The notes under the pieces were generated by a model. The model had not been told where the DNA came from. It was given only the letters and a program-made list of their open reading frames with translations, and ran no database searches. Positions 39,576-50,288 of a DNA stretch of 64,000 bases are shown piece after piece; position 1 is the first letter of the stretch, and each line of letters opens with the position of its first letter. The position numbers and the translations under genes were made by a program. Source of the stretch: an uncultured Hyphomicrobiales bacterium (GTDB taxonomy: Bacteria > Pseudomonadota > Alphaproteobacteria > Reyranellales > JAQSWP01); assembly GCA_964458605.1 (NCBI GenBank), contig CAYWLS010000008.1, positions 73,190-137,189 on the forward strand, in the 5' to 3' direction.

Positions 39576-40253
39576 TTACGCCGCCTGGCGCGCGCGATCG
39601 ACGTCGGGGCTGCGATAGAGCGCCTCCGGCACCGTCCCCAGCAGCGAGGCATGCGCCTCGCCCTCGGCCAGGCCATAGAATTTCTGGAAGCTCATGATCA
39701 GCGGCCGCCACTTGTCGGGGTCGACCCGGTCGGGCTCGGCCAGAATGCTGCGCTCGATATGGACGCGCTGGATGCGCAGCTCGATCGCCACGGTGCGGCC
39801 GCGCAGATTGGCATCGTTGGCGCCGATATGGTGCACGCCCTCGACCACCGCCTCGAGCTGCACGGGACATTCCAGCACGCGCGGCGGCGCCACGGTCAAG
39901 GAAGGTTGCGCCGTCAAGCCGGCGATGGCGAATTTGTCCTTCTCGTGCCGGTAGCCGCGCTGCTGTTTGCCCGGCGGCACCGGATCGGAGCCGGTGGTCA
40001 GTGCCAGCCGGTCGACCGCGCCGACCTGCTCGACCGAGGGCAGGTTGAGCACGCACTGGCCGGTGCGCAGCATGTTCTGCGGGGTCTTGGAGGCGGCGGC
40101 CAGGCCCAGCATGCAGCGCCAGCCCAGCCAGAAGGCCGACGACATCGGCGCCAGGTTGGCGCTGCCATCCTCGTTCAGGGTGCTGATCAGCACCACCGGG
40201 GTGCCGAAATAGAGGATCGCCGGTTCGCTCGGGACATGCATCGCTCGCTCCAT
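39576..40253 (-). CDS. Flavin reductase-like (DIM6/NTAB) family protein
   Basis: LYFGTPVVLISTLNEDGSANLAPMSS, PPRVLECPVQLE; alternative start 40241. Confidence 0.88.
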   Translation of the reverse strand: MERAMHVPSEPAILYFGTPVVLISTLNEDGSANLAPMSSAFWLGWRCMLGLAAASKTPQNMLRTGQCVLNLPSVEQVGAVDRLALTTGSDPVPPGKQQRGYRHEKDKFAIAGLTAQPSLTVAPPRVLECPVQLEAVVEGVHHIGANDANLRGRTVAIELRIQRVHIERSILAEPDRVDPDKWRPLIMSFQKFYGLAEGEAHASLLGTVPEALYRSPDVDRARQAA

Positions 40254-40325
40254 CTGCAGGACTGGCCCGAAGATGACGTGCGCCGCGAAAACGGTCGCTC
40301 CGAGGGTTGCGCCGAATTTCTCGCG

Positions 40326-41291
40326 CTACGGCCCGAGCAGGCCGGTGGGATCGACCGGCTTGTTCTTCTGTCGGATCTCGAAATGCAGCTGCGGGCTGGC
40401 GACGTTGCCGGTCTGGCCAACCTTGGCGATCACGGCACCCTTGGCCACGCGCTGGCCTTTGCTCACCAGCAACTCGTCGTTATCGGCATAGGCGGTGACG
40501 TAGCCTTCGGCGTGGCCGATCAGCACCAGCTTGCCGAAGCCTTTCACCTCGTCGCCGGCATAGAGCACGGTGCCCGATTCGGCAGCCTTGACGGGCGTGC
40601 CCCGGGCGGCGGCGATGTTGATGCCGTCGTTCTGCACGCCGCCGGGATGGCTGCCGAAGCCCAGCACGACCTGGCCGCGCAACGGCCACTCGAACTTGAC
40701 CGGCCCGGCGCTGGCGACCTGCGGCGGGGCCGGCGGCGGCGTCTTGCTGCCGGGCGGCGGGGCGAGCGCGGCCGGACCGCCATGCGGCGGCGGCGAGGAA
40801 ACCTGGTAGCCGTTGCTGCCCGACGTCCCGGCAGGCGGCGGCGTGGCGGGTCGCGACGGCGGCGGCGCGCTGCCCGTACCGGGCGGCGGCGCCAGCTGCT
40901 GCACCTGGACCGGTCCGGGGTTGCCTGGCGGGGCGTTGCCGCCGGGCGCATTGCGGTTGTCGTTGTAGGCGTAGCTGCCGCCACCCGAAGCGTTCGGCAG
41001 TTCCAGCCACTGGCCGGGCAGGATGCGATAGGGCGGCTTGAGGCTGTTGCGCTCGATGATGGTCTGCGAGGGCACGTTGAAGCGGCGCGCAATGCCGTCG
41101 ACCGTGTCGCCGGTTGCCACGACATAGATGGTGGGCTGGTTGGGATCGCCCGAGCCCGGCAGTTCGACCGTGCCGGGCCGGTTGCTGTAGACGGCGCTGT
41201 CGTACAGCCTGCATCCGCTCAACAGGCCAAGCGCAACCAGCGCGACGAGAGTGAGACGCGCCGTCGCCGGACGGCTCCATCGATTCGACAT
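40326..41291 (-). CDS. nlpD: LysM/M23 lipoprotein, NlpD-like
   Basis: Lipobox LLSGC, LysM domain, Pro-rich linker, degenerate M23 (QNDGINI...HFEIR); downstream of surE-pcm. Confidence 0.9.
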   Translation of the reverse strand: MSNRWSRPATARLTLVALVALGLLSGCRLYDSAVYSNRPGTVELPGSGDPNQPTIYVVATGDTVDGIARRFNVPSQTIIERNSLKPPYRILPGQWLELPNASGGGSYAYNDNRNAPGGNAPPGNPGPVQVQQLAPPPGTGSAPPPSRPATPPPAGTSGSNGYQVSSPPPHGGPAALAPPPGSKTPPPAPPQVASAGPVKFEWPLRGQVVLGFGSHPGGVQNDGINIAAARGTPVKAAESGTVLYAGDEVKGFGKLVLIGHAEGYVTAYADNDELLVSKGQRVAKGAVIAKVGQTGNVASPQLHFEIRQKNKPVDPTGLLGP

Positions 41292-41398
41292 GGCAAGATT
41301 CTACCGCAGATCGGCGGGCCTGTGAATCCCCGGCCCCGCACAAGATTGGAAACGCCTCGCGGCAAAATTGTGGCGCGCGCCGGCAGCGGCGCCCGCGG

Positions 41399-42049
41399 TC
41401 AGAAATCCTGCGCGTTGGGCAGGGCGCCGGGCACCAGCGGCACGAAGCGGACGGGCAGGATCTGCTCGCGCTTCAGCCCTTCCTCGGTCTTGACGATGCG
41501 CTCGATATTCTGGTGCAGCGGATCGGGACCGATCGGCAGCACCATGATGCCGCCCGGCGCGAGCTGGTCGAGCAGCGCCGTCGGCACGTCGCGGCTGGCC
41601 GCGGTGACCAGGATGCGGTCGAACGGCGCCTGCTCCTTCCAGCCCTTGGTGCCGTCGGCGACGCGGAACACCACGTTGGAGCAGCGCAACCGATGCAGCC
41701 GCGTCTCGGCTTCCTCGGCCAGCGGCTGGTAGCGCTCGATGGTATAGAGCCGCCGGCACAGCCGCGACAGCACGGCGGCCTGGTAGCCCGAGCCGGTGCC
41801 GACCTCCAGCACTTTCATCTTTTCCTGCACGTCCAGCGCCTGGCTCATCATCGCCACCACGTAGGGCTGGCTGATGGTCTGGCCATGGCCGATCGGCAGC
41901 GCCAGGTTCTCGTAGGCCTGGTCGCGGAAGGTCGGCAGCATGAATTCTTCGCGCGGAATGCGCTCGATCGCCGCCAGCACGCGGGTGTCGGTAATGCCGG
42001 CGCGGCGCAGCTCCATGATCAGGCGGATCTTGCTGGCCTGGTTGCTCAT
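41399..42049 (-). CDS. pcm: Protein-L-isoaspartate O-methyltransferase
   Basis: LPIGHGQTISQPYVVA, VLEVGTGSGYQAA, APFDRILVTAA, VRFVPL. Confidence 0.97.
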   Translation of the reverse strand: MSNQASKIRLIMELRRAGITDTRVLAAIERIPREEFMLPTFRDQAYENLALPIGHGQTISQPYVVAMMSQALDVQEKMKVLEVGTGSGYQAAVLSRLCRRLYTIERYQPLAEEAETRLHRLRCSNVVFRVADGTKGWKEQAPFDRILVTAASRDVPTALLDQLAPGGIMVLPIGPDPLHQNIERIVKTEEGLKREQILPVRFVPLVPGALPNAQDF

Positions 42050-42843
42050 CGGGCGAACAGGGTGTCCAGTTTTTCCTGCATGGCGCGGTGGGTGAGATCG
42101 AGGTGCAGCGGCGTCACCGAGATGTAGCCGGCACGGATCGCCGCCAGGTCGGTGTCGCGCGCCGGCTCGGTGGTGCCGCGGGCGTAGGACAGCCAGTAGT
42201 AGGTGCCGCCGCGCGGATCGGTGCGCTCGACGATGTCGAGCTGCATGTCGATATGGGCCTGGGCCGTGACCCGCACGCCGCCCACCAGGTTGGCGGCCAC
42301 GTCGGGGAAATTGACGTTGACCAGCATCTCGCGCGGCCACTCGACCTCGAGCAGCTTGCGCACGATGGCCGCGCCGTGGCTCTGCGCGGTGCGCCATTTG
42401 ACCGATTCGTCGTTGAGATAGGCCTGGCTGAAGGCGATCGAGCGCACGCCCAGCAGGCAGCCTTCCATGGCGCCGGCGACGGTGCCCGAGTAGGTGATGT
42501 CGTCGGCCATGTTGGCGCCGCGATTGACGCCCGACAGCACCAGGTCGGGCAGGCCATCGCGCAGCAGGTGGCGCATGCCGAACAGCACGCAATCGGTCGG
42601 CGTGCCCTCGAGCGCGAATTTCTGCTCGGCCACGGTGCGATAGCGGATCGGCATCGCCAGGGTCAGGGAATGGGCGGCGCCGGACTGGTTGCGCTCCGGC
42701 GCGATCACCCACACGTCGTCGGACAGCTCGCGCGCGATCGCTTCCATGCATTCGAGGCCGGGAGCGTTGATGCCGTCGTCGTTGGTGACCAGGATGCGCA
42801 AGGCGGCGGATTTGTCGGCGTCGGCGAAACGGCCGCGACTCAT
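42046..42843 (-). CDS. surE: 5'/3'-nucleotidase SurE
   Basis: [29 protein letters not shown]. Confidence 0.97.
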   Translation of the reverse strand: MSRGRFADADKSAALRILVTNDDGINAPGLECMEAIARELSDDVWVIAPERNQSGAAHSLTLAMPIRYRTVAEQKFALEGTPTDCVLFGMRHLLRDGLPDLVLSGVNRGANMADDITYSGTVAGAMEGCLLGVRSIAFSQAYLNDESVKWRTAQSHGAAIVRKLLEVEWPREMLVNVNFPDVAANLVGGVRVTAQAHIDMQLDIVERTDPRGGTYYWLSYARGTTEPARDTDLAAIRAGYISVTPLHLDLTHRAMQEKLDTLFAR

Positions 42844-44147
42844 TTCTGCTTTCCCTTCGGGGCTGCCGGTTCGATGCGATCGAGGCCGCCCATATACGGC
42901 TTCAGCGCATCGGGAACAAGCACCGAGCCGTCCGATTGCTGATAATTCTCCAGTACCGCGACCAGCGCGCGACCGACCGCCACGCCCGAGCCGTTGAGCG
43001 TATGGACGAACTGCGTGCCCTTCTCGCCGGCCTTGCGGAAGCGGCCGTTCATGCGCCGCGCCTGGAAGTCGCCGCAATTGGAGCACGACGAAATTTCCCG
43101 ATAGGCGTTCTGGCCCGGCAGCCACACTTCCAGGTCGAAGGTCTTGCGCGCGGAGAAGCCCATGTCGCCGCTGCACAACAGCATGCGGCGATAGGGCAGG
43201 CCGAGCTTTTCCAGCACCGTCTCGGCGGCGCGCGTCATGCGCTCGTGCTCGGCGTCGGACTGGTCGGGCGCGACGATGCTGACCAGCTCGACCTTGGGGA
43301 ACTGGTGCTGGCGGATCATGCCGCGCGTGTCGCGCCCGGCGGCGCCGGCTTCGGAACGGAAGCACGGCGTCCAGGCGGCGAAGCGCAGCGGCAGGCTGGC
43401 GCCGTCGACGATCTCGTCGGCCACCAGATTGGTCAGCGACACCTCGGCGGTCGGGATCAGCCAGCGGCGCGTGGTCTCGTCGCCGGTGGTGACGAACTGG
43501 TCCTGGGCGAATTTGGGCAACTGGCCGGTGCCGTAGAGCGCACTGTCCTTGACCAGCAGCGGCGGATCGACCTCGGTATAGCCGTGCTGGCCGGTGTGCA
43601 GGTCGAGCATGAACTGCGCCAGCGCCCGCTCCAGCCGCGCCAGCGGCCCCTTCAGCACCACGAAGCGCGCGCCCGACAGCTTGGCGGCGGCGGCGAAATC
43701 CATCAGCCCCAGCCCCTCGCCCAGCGCCACGTGATCGCGCGGCTCGAAGTCGAACTGGCGCGGCTCGCCGACCTTTTTGCGCTCGACATTGCCGTGCTCG
43801 TCGCTGCCCGGCGGCACGTCGGCGTCGGGCAGGTTGGGGATGGCCTCGAGCAACTGGCGGATCGCCTGGTCGGCCGCCGCCACCTCGGCCTCGCCCGATT
43901 TCAGCGCCGCGTCCAGCCCGGCGGCCTGCTGCAGCAGATCATCGGCCGGCTGGTTGTTGCGCTTGGCGATGCCGACCTGCCTGGACAGTAGGTTGCGCGT
44001 GGCCAGCGCCTTGTCGTTGTCGGCGATGGCGGCGCGGCGGACGCGGTCGAGTTCGATGGCGCGGGCCGAGAGCGGCTCCAGCCCGCGCCGCTTGAGGGCC
44101 GCGTCGAAGGCGTCAGGATTGTCGCGAATCCATTTGATGTCGTGCAT
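42840..44147 (-). CDS. serS: Serine--tRNA ligase
   Basis: [48 protein letters not shown]. Confidence 0.99.
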   Translation of the reverse strand: MHDIKWIRDNPDAFDAALKRRGLEPLSARAIELDRVRRAAIADNDKALATRNLLSRQVGIAKRNNQPADDLLQQAAGLDAALKSGEAEVAAADQAIRQLLEAIPNLPDADVPPGSDEHGNVERKKVGEPRQFDFEPRDHVALGEGLGLMDFAAAAKLSGARFVVLKGPLARLERALAQFMLDLHTGQHGYTEVDPPLLVKDSALYGTGQLPKFAQDQFVTTGDETTRRWLIPTAEVSLTNLVADEIVDGASLPLRFAAWTPCFRSEAGAAGRDTRGMIRQHQFPKVELVSIVAPDQSDAEHERMTRAAETVLEKLGLPYRRMLLCSGDMGFSARKTFDLEVWLPGQNAYREISSCSNCGDFQARRMNGRFRKAGEKGTQFVHTLNGSGVAVGRALVAVLENYQQSDGSVLVPDALKPYMGGLDRIEPAAPKGKQK

Positions 44148-44159
44148 GGCGGAACGGGG

Positions 44160-44951
44160 TCAGGAACCGGGGGTCGATGCGCCAGGATCGTCCGCCTCGG
44201 CGGCGCTGTTCTCCTGATCGCGTTTCTTCTCGATCATGCGGCCGATCCAGATCGAGCTCTCGTAGAGCAGGATGATGGGCACGGCCAGCGAGCATTGGCT
44301 GATGACGTCGGGCGGCGTCATGATGGCGGCGGCGATGAAAGCGATGACGATGGCGTAGCGGCGCTTGGCGCGCAGCCCGTCGGTCGAGACCATGCCGATG
44401 CGCACCAGCAGGGTCAGCAGCACCGGCAGCTCGAATACCAGCCCGAAGGCGAACATCAGGTGCATGACCAGGGACAGGTATTCGCTGACCTTGGGCAGCA
44501 GCTTCATCTCGTCGGTCTGGAACGAAAGGAAGAAGCTCCAGGCGCCGGGGATTACCAGGTAATAGACCGCGGCGGCGCCGGCGTAGAACATGATCGGCGT
44601 CGAGATCAGGAACGGCAGGAAGCCGCGGCGCTCGTGGCGATAGAGGCCGGGCGCCACGAACAGCCAGATCTGGGTGGCGAAGATTGGAAAGCCAATCAGC
44701 ACGGCGACGAACAGCGACAGCTTGACATAGGTGAAGAAGGCTTCGGTCAGCGCGGTGTAGATCAGCGGCTCGTGCTGCTGGGACTGCAGCGGTGCGGCCA
44801 GGAAGCGGAAGATCGGATCGGCGAAATAGAACGCCACGCCGAACAGCACGATCAGCACCACGACCGACCACAGCATGCGCTTGCGCAGCTCGATCAGGTG
44901 ATCGAGCAGCGGCATCTTCTTGTCGTCTTCGGGTCCGTCGTAGGTGCTCAA
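44160..44951 (-). CDS. tatC: Twin-arginine translocase subunit TatC
   Basis: MPLLDHLIELRKR, FVAPGLY..E, FGLVFELP, TPPD. Confidence 0.98.
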   Translation of the reverse strand: MSTYDGPEDDKKMPLLDHLIELRKRMLWSVVVLIVLFGVAFYFADPIFRFLAAPLQSQQHEPLIYTALTEAFFTYVKLSLFVAVLIGFPIFATQIWLFVAPGLYRHERRGFLPFLISTPIMFYAGAAAVYYLVIPGAWSFFLSFQTDEMKLLPKVSEYLSLVMHLMFAFGLVFELPVLLTLLVRIGMVSTDGLRAKRRYAIVIAFIAAAIMTPPDVISQCSLAVPIILLYESSIWIGRMIEKKRDQENSAAEADDPGASTPGS

Positions 44952-45007
44952 GTCCGCCGCCTCTGGCGCGAGAAATGGCGCGAAACGGCCGTGCGGCCGC
45001 GCAGGAT

Positions 45008-45547
45008 TTATGCGCGTCCCGGCTCGGGCACGCCAGCGTTTTTTGGTTCGGCGGCGGCGGTCGCGGGCGCCGCCGGCGCGGCTTCGGCCGGGGCGGCGGC
45101 GATGGGCGCGGGTTCGGTGCCGGGCGGCGGTGGCGGCAGGTCGGCCTCGGGCGGGCGATAGTCGCTGCCCAGCTGGGCGGCGACGTCGCCGGACGTCTCG
45201 CCGCCGGAAGCCGGGGCGGCGGCGACGCCGGTCTCGGCCGGCTTGGCATCGCCGGCCATCAGCTTGTCCGGATCGATGCCTTCGCGCAGCGACTTGTCGG
45301 GATCGATGTGATTGGCCAGGTCGTTCAGCGTCTCGGCCGTGTTGTCGCGGATGTTGCGGCGGATTTCATCGAGCTCGGTCTCGCGCACCAGATCGTCGAC
45401 ATGGCCCTGGAATTCGCGGGCCATGTTGCGCGCCGCCGTCACCCACTTGCCGATATTGCGCAGCACGGCAGGTAGTTCTTTGGGGCCAATGAAAATCAGA
45501 GCGACGATGGCGATCAGCGCGATCTCGCTCCAACTCATATCGAACAT
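45008..45547 (-). CDS. tatB: Twin-arginine translocase subunit TatB
   Basis: MFDMSWSE...ALIFIGPKELP. Confidence 0.96.
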   Translation of the reverse strand: MFDMSWSEIALIAIVALIFIGPKELPAVLRNIGKWVTAARNMAREFQGHVDDLVRETELDEIRRNIRDNTAETLNDLANHIDPDKSLREGIDPDKLMAGDAKPAETGVAAAPASGGETSGDVAAQLGSDYRPPEADLPPPPPGTEPAPIAAAPAEAAPAAPATAAAEPKNAGVPEPGRA

Positions 45548-45588
45548 GGATCAGGCCTCGCCGCGTGGTCCGTTCCGGCGGCGAACGG

Positions 45589-45846
45589 CTAGCCGTGGCT
45601 GGCCGTTTCCTTGGTGGTGCCCGTCGGATTGGCGGTCGTGCCGCTGCCGATGATGCGCGGCTCGTCCGTCGCGGACGGCTGCTGGGCGGGCGACTGCTCG
45701 TCCGGCGCCATGCCCTTCTTGAAGGATTTGAGGCCCTTGCCGAAATCGCCCATCAGCTGGGAGATTTTGCCGCGACCGCCGAACAGCAACAAAATGACGG
45801 CGAGCACGATCAGCCAATGCAGAATGCTTCCACTACCGCTAAACAT
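45589..45846 (-). CDS. tatA: Twin-arginine translocase subunit TatA
   Basis: HWLIV...[24 protein letters not shown]. Confidence 0.96.
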   Translation of the reverse strand: MFSGSGSILHWLIVLAVILLLFGGRGKISQLMGDFGKGLKSFKKGMAPDEQSPAQQPSATDEPRIIGSGTTANPTGTTKETASHG

Positions 45847-46095
45847 CTTCGGTCCTCCTGACGGTCGCTTTTGCCGCGCGGCACCGCCGGCCCTGTTTCC
45901 GGCGGATATTGTCAAACTTGACCATGAGCCGCAATCGCGGCCGGCCAAGGCACGCCCCCGGTTTCCGGATTTGTCGACGGGCTCGCAGCGGCCCGGCGCG
46001 CCCTTCTGATGTAGGGCGGCGCGCGAGATTAATCAAAGCTTTATTCTGCGCTGTTGCGGCGCAGCACGATGGCCGCGCCACGACCTCGCGGTGGC

Positions 46096-46803
46096 CTAGC
46101 CGGCCTTTTCCTCGGGCGGTTCGGACGATTCGCCGCTGCCCGGGGGTTCCGTGCCATCGCCCGCGCCGGGAGGTTCGGACGAATCGCCGCTGTCGAGCGG
46201 TTCCTCCGCCTCCTCGCCCTCGCCCGCTTCCAGCGGCAGGTCCGGCTCGTCGGGCCGGTAGACGCTGATATTGGCGTTGGCATCGAGCAGGCCGGCCGCC
46301 TTGAGCTCCTCGAAGCCCGGCAGATCCTCGAGCGCACCCAGCCCGAAATGCTCGAGAAAGAAGGTGGTCGAGCCCCAGGTCACCGGCATGCCCGGCGCGC
46401 GGCGGCGACCCAGCGGCTGGATCCAGCCCTGCTCGAACAGCAGATCGAGCGTGCCCTTGCTGAGGCCGACGCCGCGGATCGCCTCGATCTCGGCCCGCGT
46501 CACCGGCTGGTGATAGGCGATGATGGCAAGCGTCTCGACCGCGGCGCGCGACAGCTTGCGCGACACCTGCTTCTCGATCTGCAGCCTGTCCTTGAGATCA
46601 GGCGCGCTGCGGAAGGTCCAGCCGCCCGCCACCTTGACCAGGTTGACGCCGCGGCTGGCGTAGAGCTCGGCCAGCTGCGTCAGCAGGGCCGGAATGTCGA
46701 CGCCCTCCGGCAGCCTTTCGCTGAGCGCGGCCTCGTCGAGCGTGGTCGCGCTGGCGAAGATCAGGGCTTCGAGCAGGCGCAAATTCTGGGCGTCGTCGTC
46801 CAT
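46096..46803 (-). CDS. scpB: SMC-Scp complex subunit ScpB
   Basis: LEALIFAS, LSRAAVETLAIIAYHQPVTRAEIE.IRGV. Confidence 0.97.
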   Translation of the reverse strand: MDDDAQNLRLLEALIFASATTLDEAALSERLPEGVDIPALLTQLAELYASRGVNLVKVAGGWTFRSAPDLKDRLQIEKQVSRKLSRAAVETLAIIAYHQPVTRAEIEAIRGVGLSKGTLDLLFEQGWIQPLGRRRAPGMPVTWGSTTFFLEHFGLGALEDLPGFEELKAAGLLDANANISVYRPDEPDLPLEAGEGEEAEEPLDSGDSSEPPGAGDGTEPPGSGESSEPPEEKAG

Positions 46804-46833
46804 CTGAATTCCAAATCTCCGACCGCGGCGCCG

Positions 46834-47643
46834 CTATTGCGACGGCGTCTCGTTGCGCGTCCGCTTGCGCAGGAAGATCGGCCCGAAAGCGCCGTTCTGC
46901 TGCAATTCCAGCGCGCCTTCCTTGACCATGTGCAGCGAGGCCACGAAGGTGCTGGCCACCGCGGAGCGGCGCTTCATAGCGTCCTGCAGGCCGGGCGGCA
47001 AGAAGCTCAGCAGCGACTGCCAGTCGACCGCGATGCCCAGCATGCGGCCCAGCCGCTCGGCCGCCTCCTCCACCGAGAAGAATTCCATCGGCTTGATGTG
47101 CAGCACCGGCGCGTTGCTGCGGCGATGGATGTCGCCATAGGTCTTGAGCAGGTCGTAGAGCTTGACGTCCCAGATCGCCTTGCGCACCACCGGCACGCCC
47201 TCGGGCTCGCCGCGGCCGAACACGTCGCGGCCGAGCTGGGCGCGCGCCATCAGGCGCAGCCCGGCCTCCTGCATGGCCTCGAGCCGGCGCAGCTGCAGCG
47301 CCAGCGCCTCGGCCATCTCCTCGGCGGTAGGCTGGTCCTCGGTGGTCTCCGGCTCGGGCAGCAGCAGCCGGGATTTCAGGAACGCCAGCCAGGCCGCCAT
47401 CACCAGATAGTCGGCGGCGATCTCCAGCCGCAGCTTGCGGGCGTTGGCGATGAAGGCGAGGTACTGATCGACCAGCGCCACCATCGAGATGCGCCGCAGA
47501 TCGACCTTCTGCTCGCGCGCCAGAGTCAGCAGGATGTCGAGCGGACCCTCGAATCCTTCGAGATTGACGACCAGTTCGCCCTCGGCCGGCGCCACGTCGG
47601 GGGCGCCGGTATCGAAGGCTTCCGGCGACGGGGTGTCGCTCAT
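46834..47643 (-). CDS. scpA: Segregation/condensation protein ScpA
   Basis: FEGPLD.LL.L, AADYLVMAAWLAFLKSRLLLP. Confidence 0.97.
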   Translation of the reverse strand: MSDTPSPEAFDTGAPDVAPAEGELVVNLEGFEGPLDILLTLAREQKVDLRRISMVALVDQYLAFIANARKLRLEIAADYLVMAAWLAFLKSRLLLPEPETTEDQPTAEEMAEALALQLRRLEAMQEAGLRLMARAQLGRDVFGRGEPEGVPVVRKAIWDVKLYDLLKTYGDIHRRSNAPVLHIKPMEFFSVEEAAERLGRMLGIAVDWQSLLSFLPPGLQDAMKRRSAVASTFVASLHMVKEGALELQQNGAFGPIFLRKRTRNETPSQ

Positions 47644-48344
47644 CGCAGGTCCATCCAGTGCAGGCCGGTCAGGTCCATGATCGCCGATATCACGCTGTAG
47701 GTGGGGCCGCTGACCAGCCAGCGGTTGACCGGCAGCGCGACGCCGAACTGGCTACCAAGCATCGGCACCAGAAACAAGAACAGCAATACGGCAAATATCC
47801 CCAGGCGGTCGAGTTTGGCCAGTTGCCGGCCCAGCGAGGGCGGCAGGATCGCCACCAGGATGCGGCCGCCGTCCAGCGGCGGGATCGGCAGCAGGTTGAA
47901 CACCGCCAGCATGACGTTCAGCGCCAGGGCGTGGAACAGATTCTCCCGCACCCAGAAATAGGCGTCGTCCGGCAGGAGCTGGGCCGGCCGCACCAGCAGC
48001 GCCGCCAGCAGCGCCATGGCCAGGTTGGCCAGCGGCCCGGCCAGCGCCACCAGCGCCATGTCGCGGCGCGGCTTGCGCAGGCGCATGACATTGACCGGCA
48101 CCGGCTTGGCATAGCCGATCAGGAACGGCGAGTGCATCAGCAGCAGCAGGCCCGGCAGCAGGAAGGTGCCGAACGGATCGACATGGCGGAACGGATTGGC
48201 GCTGATGCGGCCGAGCTGGCGCGCCGTGGGGTCGCCCAGCCGGTCGGCGACGTAGCCATGCGCCGCCTCGTGGAAGGTGATGGCCAGGATGGCCGGGACG
48301 ATCCAGGTCGAGACGGTGCGGATCAGGTCGCCGAGTTCGCCCAT
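47640..48344 (-). CDS. Site-2 protease (M50) family metalloprotease
   Basis: HEAAH, NP..HVDP.GT, AGP.AN, NLLPIPPLDG. Confidence 0.94.
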   Translation of the reverse strand: MGELGDLIRTVSTWIVPAILAITFHEAAHGYVADRLGDPTARQLGRISANPFRHVDPFGTFLLPGLLLLMHSPFLIGYAKPVPVNVMRLRKPRRDMALVALAGPLANLAMALLAALLVRPAQLLPDDAYFWVRENLFHALALNVMLAVFNLLPIPPLDGGRILVAILPPSLGRQLAKLDRLGIFAVLLFLFLVPMLGSQFGVALPVNRWLVSGPTYSVISAIMDLTGLHWMDLR

Positions 48345-48348
48345 CGGA

Positions 48349-49386
48349 TCAGGCGGCCGCCGGCAGCAGCGCATCGAGGCGCTGGTGCCAGGCGGCGATG
48401 TCGCGCGCGCCAGGGGCGGCAGGCGCGGCGCGCTGGCGCCGGGCGCGGGCGACGCGGTCTTGCGCCTTCCCGCTCAACCTCGGGCTGGCGGCGGCGACCG
48501 GCTCCATCTCCTCGAGCTTGCCGTTGCAATGCAGGGCGATGTCGCAGCCGGCCGCCAGCGAGGCCGTGGCGCGCTCGCCCAGCGCGCCGCCCAGCGCCTG
48601 CATCGACAGGTCGTCCGACAGCAGCAGCCCGTCGAAACCGATATAGCCCCTGATGATGCGGTCGATCACGGTGGCCGAGGTGGTGGCGGGATGCCGGTCG
48701 TCGACCGCCGTATAGAGCACGTGGGCGGTCATGCCCCAGGGCATGTCGGAGAGCGCCTTGAACGGCAGGAAGTCGCTGTGCTGCAGCTCGGCGATCGGCG
48801 TATCCACCCGCGGCAGGTCGAAATGGCTGTCGACCCCTGCCCGGCCGTGACCCGGCAGGTGCTTGATGACCGGCATCACGCCCATCTCCAGCATGGTGCC
48901 GGCGACGACGCGGCCGAGATCGGCCACCACTTCCGGCTCCAGCGCGAAGGCGCGTTCGCCGATCACGTCGTGGGCGCCCGGCACCGGCACGTCGAGCAGC
49001 GGCACGCAATCGACGTCGATGCCCAGCGCCAGCAGTTCGGCGGCGATCAGCTTCATGTTGAGATGCACCGCCTCGCGGCCGGCCTGCGGATCGCGCTTGT
49101 AGAGCTCGCCGAAGCGGCGCGCGGGCGGCGCCTGGCGCCATTGCGGCGGCTTCAGCCGCTGCACGCGGCCGCCCTCCTGGTCGATCAGCACCGGCGCATC
49201 CTGCCGTCCGACGCACTCGCGCAGCTCGCGCACCAGCGCGGCGATCTGCGCCGGGCTCTGGCAATTGCGCGCGAACAGGATGAAGCCCAGCGGATCGGCG
49301 CGGCGGAAGAACGCCCACTCTGGCTCGCTCAGGGCAAGACCCTGGCAGCCGAAGATGGCGGCGCGGGGAATGCGCGATCCGTCCAT
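48349..49386 (-). CDS. nagZ: Beta-N-acetylhexosaminidase
   Basis: GFILFARN, DQEGGRVQRL, KHLPGHG..VDSH, SDDLSM. Confidence 0.97.
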   Translation of the reverse strand: MDGSRIPRAAIFGCQGLALSEPEWAFFRRADPLGFILFARNCQSPAQIAALVRELRECVGRQDAPVLIDQEGGRVQRLKPPQWRQAPPARRFGELYKRDPQAGREAVHLNMKLIAAELLALGIDVDCVPLLDVPVPGAHDVIGERAFALEPEVVADLGRVVAGTMLEMGVMPVIKHLPGHGRAGVDSHFDLPRVDTPIAELQHSDFLPFKALSDMPWGMTAHVLYTAVDDRHPATTSATVIDRIIRGYIGFDGLLLSDDLSMQALGGALGERATASLAAGCDIALHCNGKLEEMEPVAAASPRLSGKAQDRVARARRQRAAPAAPGARDIAAWHQRLDALLPAAA

Positions 49387-49388
49387 CG

Positions 49389-50288
49389 TCAGGGCTTGAC
49401 CACGATGCAGTCGACCGAGCGGCTCTTCAGCTTGGTGCAGGCATTCTGCGCGCCGCCTTCGTCGAGCGGACCGGCCTGGACGCGATAATAGGTGCCGCGA
49501 TCGCCCAGCTCGACCTTGACCGCGCGCATGGTCAGCGACGACAGCACGTCGCCGTTGCTCTTCTGCAGCCGGGCCCAGGTGGCCTGCGCCTGCTCCTCGG
49601 ACCGCACCGAAGCGAGCTGGATGCGATAGCCGCTGATATTGTCGATCAGCGAGGCGATGCTGGGGCTGCCCGTGGCGGGGGCCGGGGCCGCGGCGGGCGC
49701 CGGTGGCGCGGCGGCGGGCGCCGCGGCCGGCGGCGCGACTGTCGCCGGCGGCGCAACCGTCGCAGGTGCCGGCGCGGCAGCCGCTGCCGGCGGGGCGGCA
49801 GGCGCTGGCGTCGGGGTGCCGGCCTGGCCGGCGGCCGGGGTCGGCGCAGCGCCCGGCGGCGTGCCGGCATCGGCAGTCTGGGGCGTCACGGTCGGCATGG
49901 CCTGCGGCGGCGTGGCCGGCGGGATCTGGGGCACCGGCGGCGGCGGCAGCAGCTTCTCCGGCCCGGTCGGCACGCTGTTGGGGGTGATGCGGTCGTAGAC
50001 CGTCTTGTCCTGGTCCGGCACCACCATGCCGCCGGGCGAGTCGGGCTTGACCTTGACCGGCTTCTCGTCGGCGCGGATCAGCGGCACGATGCCCTCGCCG
50101 CCCGACTTCACGTCCTGTTCGTGCGCCCAGTAGATCACGCCGCCGAAACTGGCCAGCGCCGCCAGCGACACCATCAGGGTCAGCAGCCGGCCGCGTCGTC
50201 GCGTCAGCCGCGCCAGGCGGTCCGGCGCCGCGGCCGGTTGCTGGGGCTGGGGAGCCACCGGCGGATTGAAGATCGGGCGACGATCCAT
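49389..50288 (-). CDS. SPOR domain cell-division protein (single TM, Pro/Ala-rich linker)
   Basis: PLIRAD..PVKVKP..PGG, C-terminal YRIQLASVRS...YYRVQAGP...C..LK...C; lies between argS and nagZ. Confidence 0.92.
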   Translation of the reverse strand: MDRRPIFNPPVAPQPQQPAAAPDRLARLTRRRGRLLTLMVSLAALASFGGVIYWAHEQDVKSGGEGIVPLIRADEKPVKVKPDSPGGMVVPDQDKTVYDRITPNSVPTGPEKLLPPPPVPQIPPATPPQAMPTVTPQTADAGTPPGAAPTPAAGQAGTPTPAPAAPPAAAAAPAPATVAPPATVAPPAAAPAAAPPAPAAAPAPATGSPSIASLIDNISGYRIQLASVRSEEQAQATWARLQKSNGDVLSSLTMRAVKVELGDRGTYYRVQAGPLDEGGAQNACTKLKSRSVDCIVVKP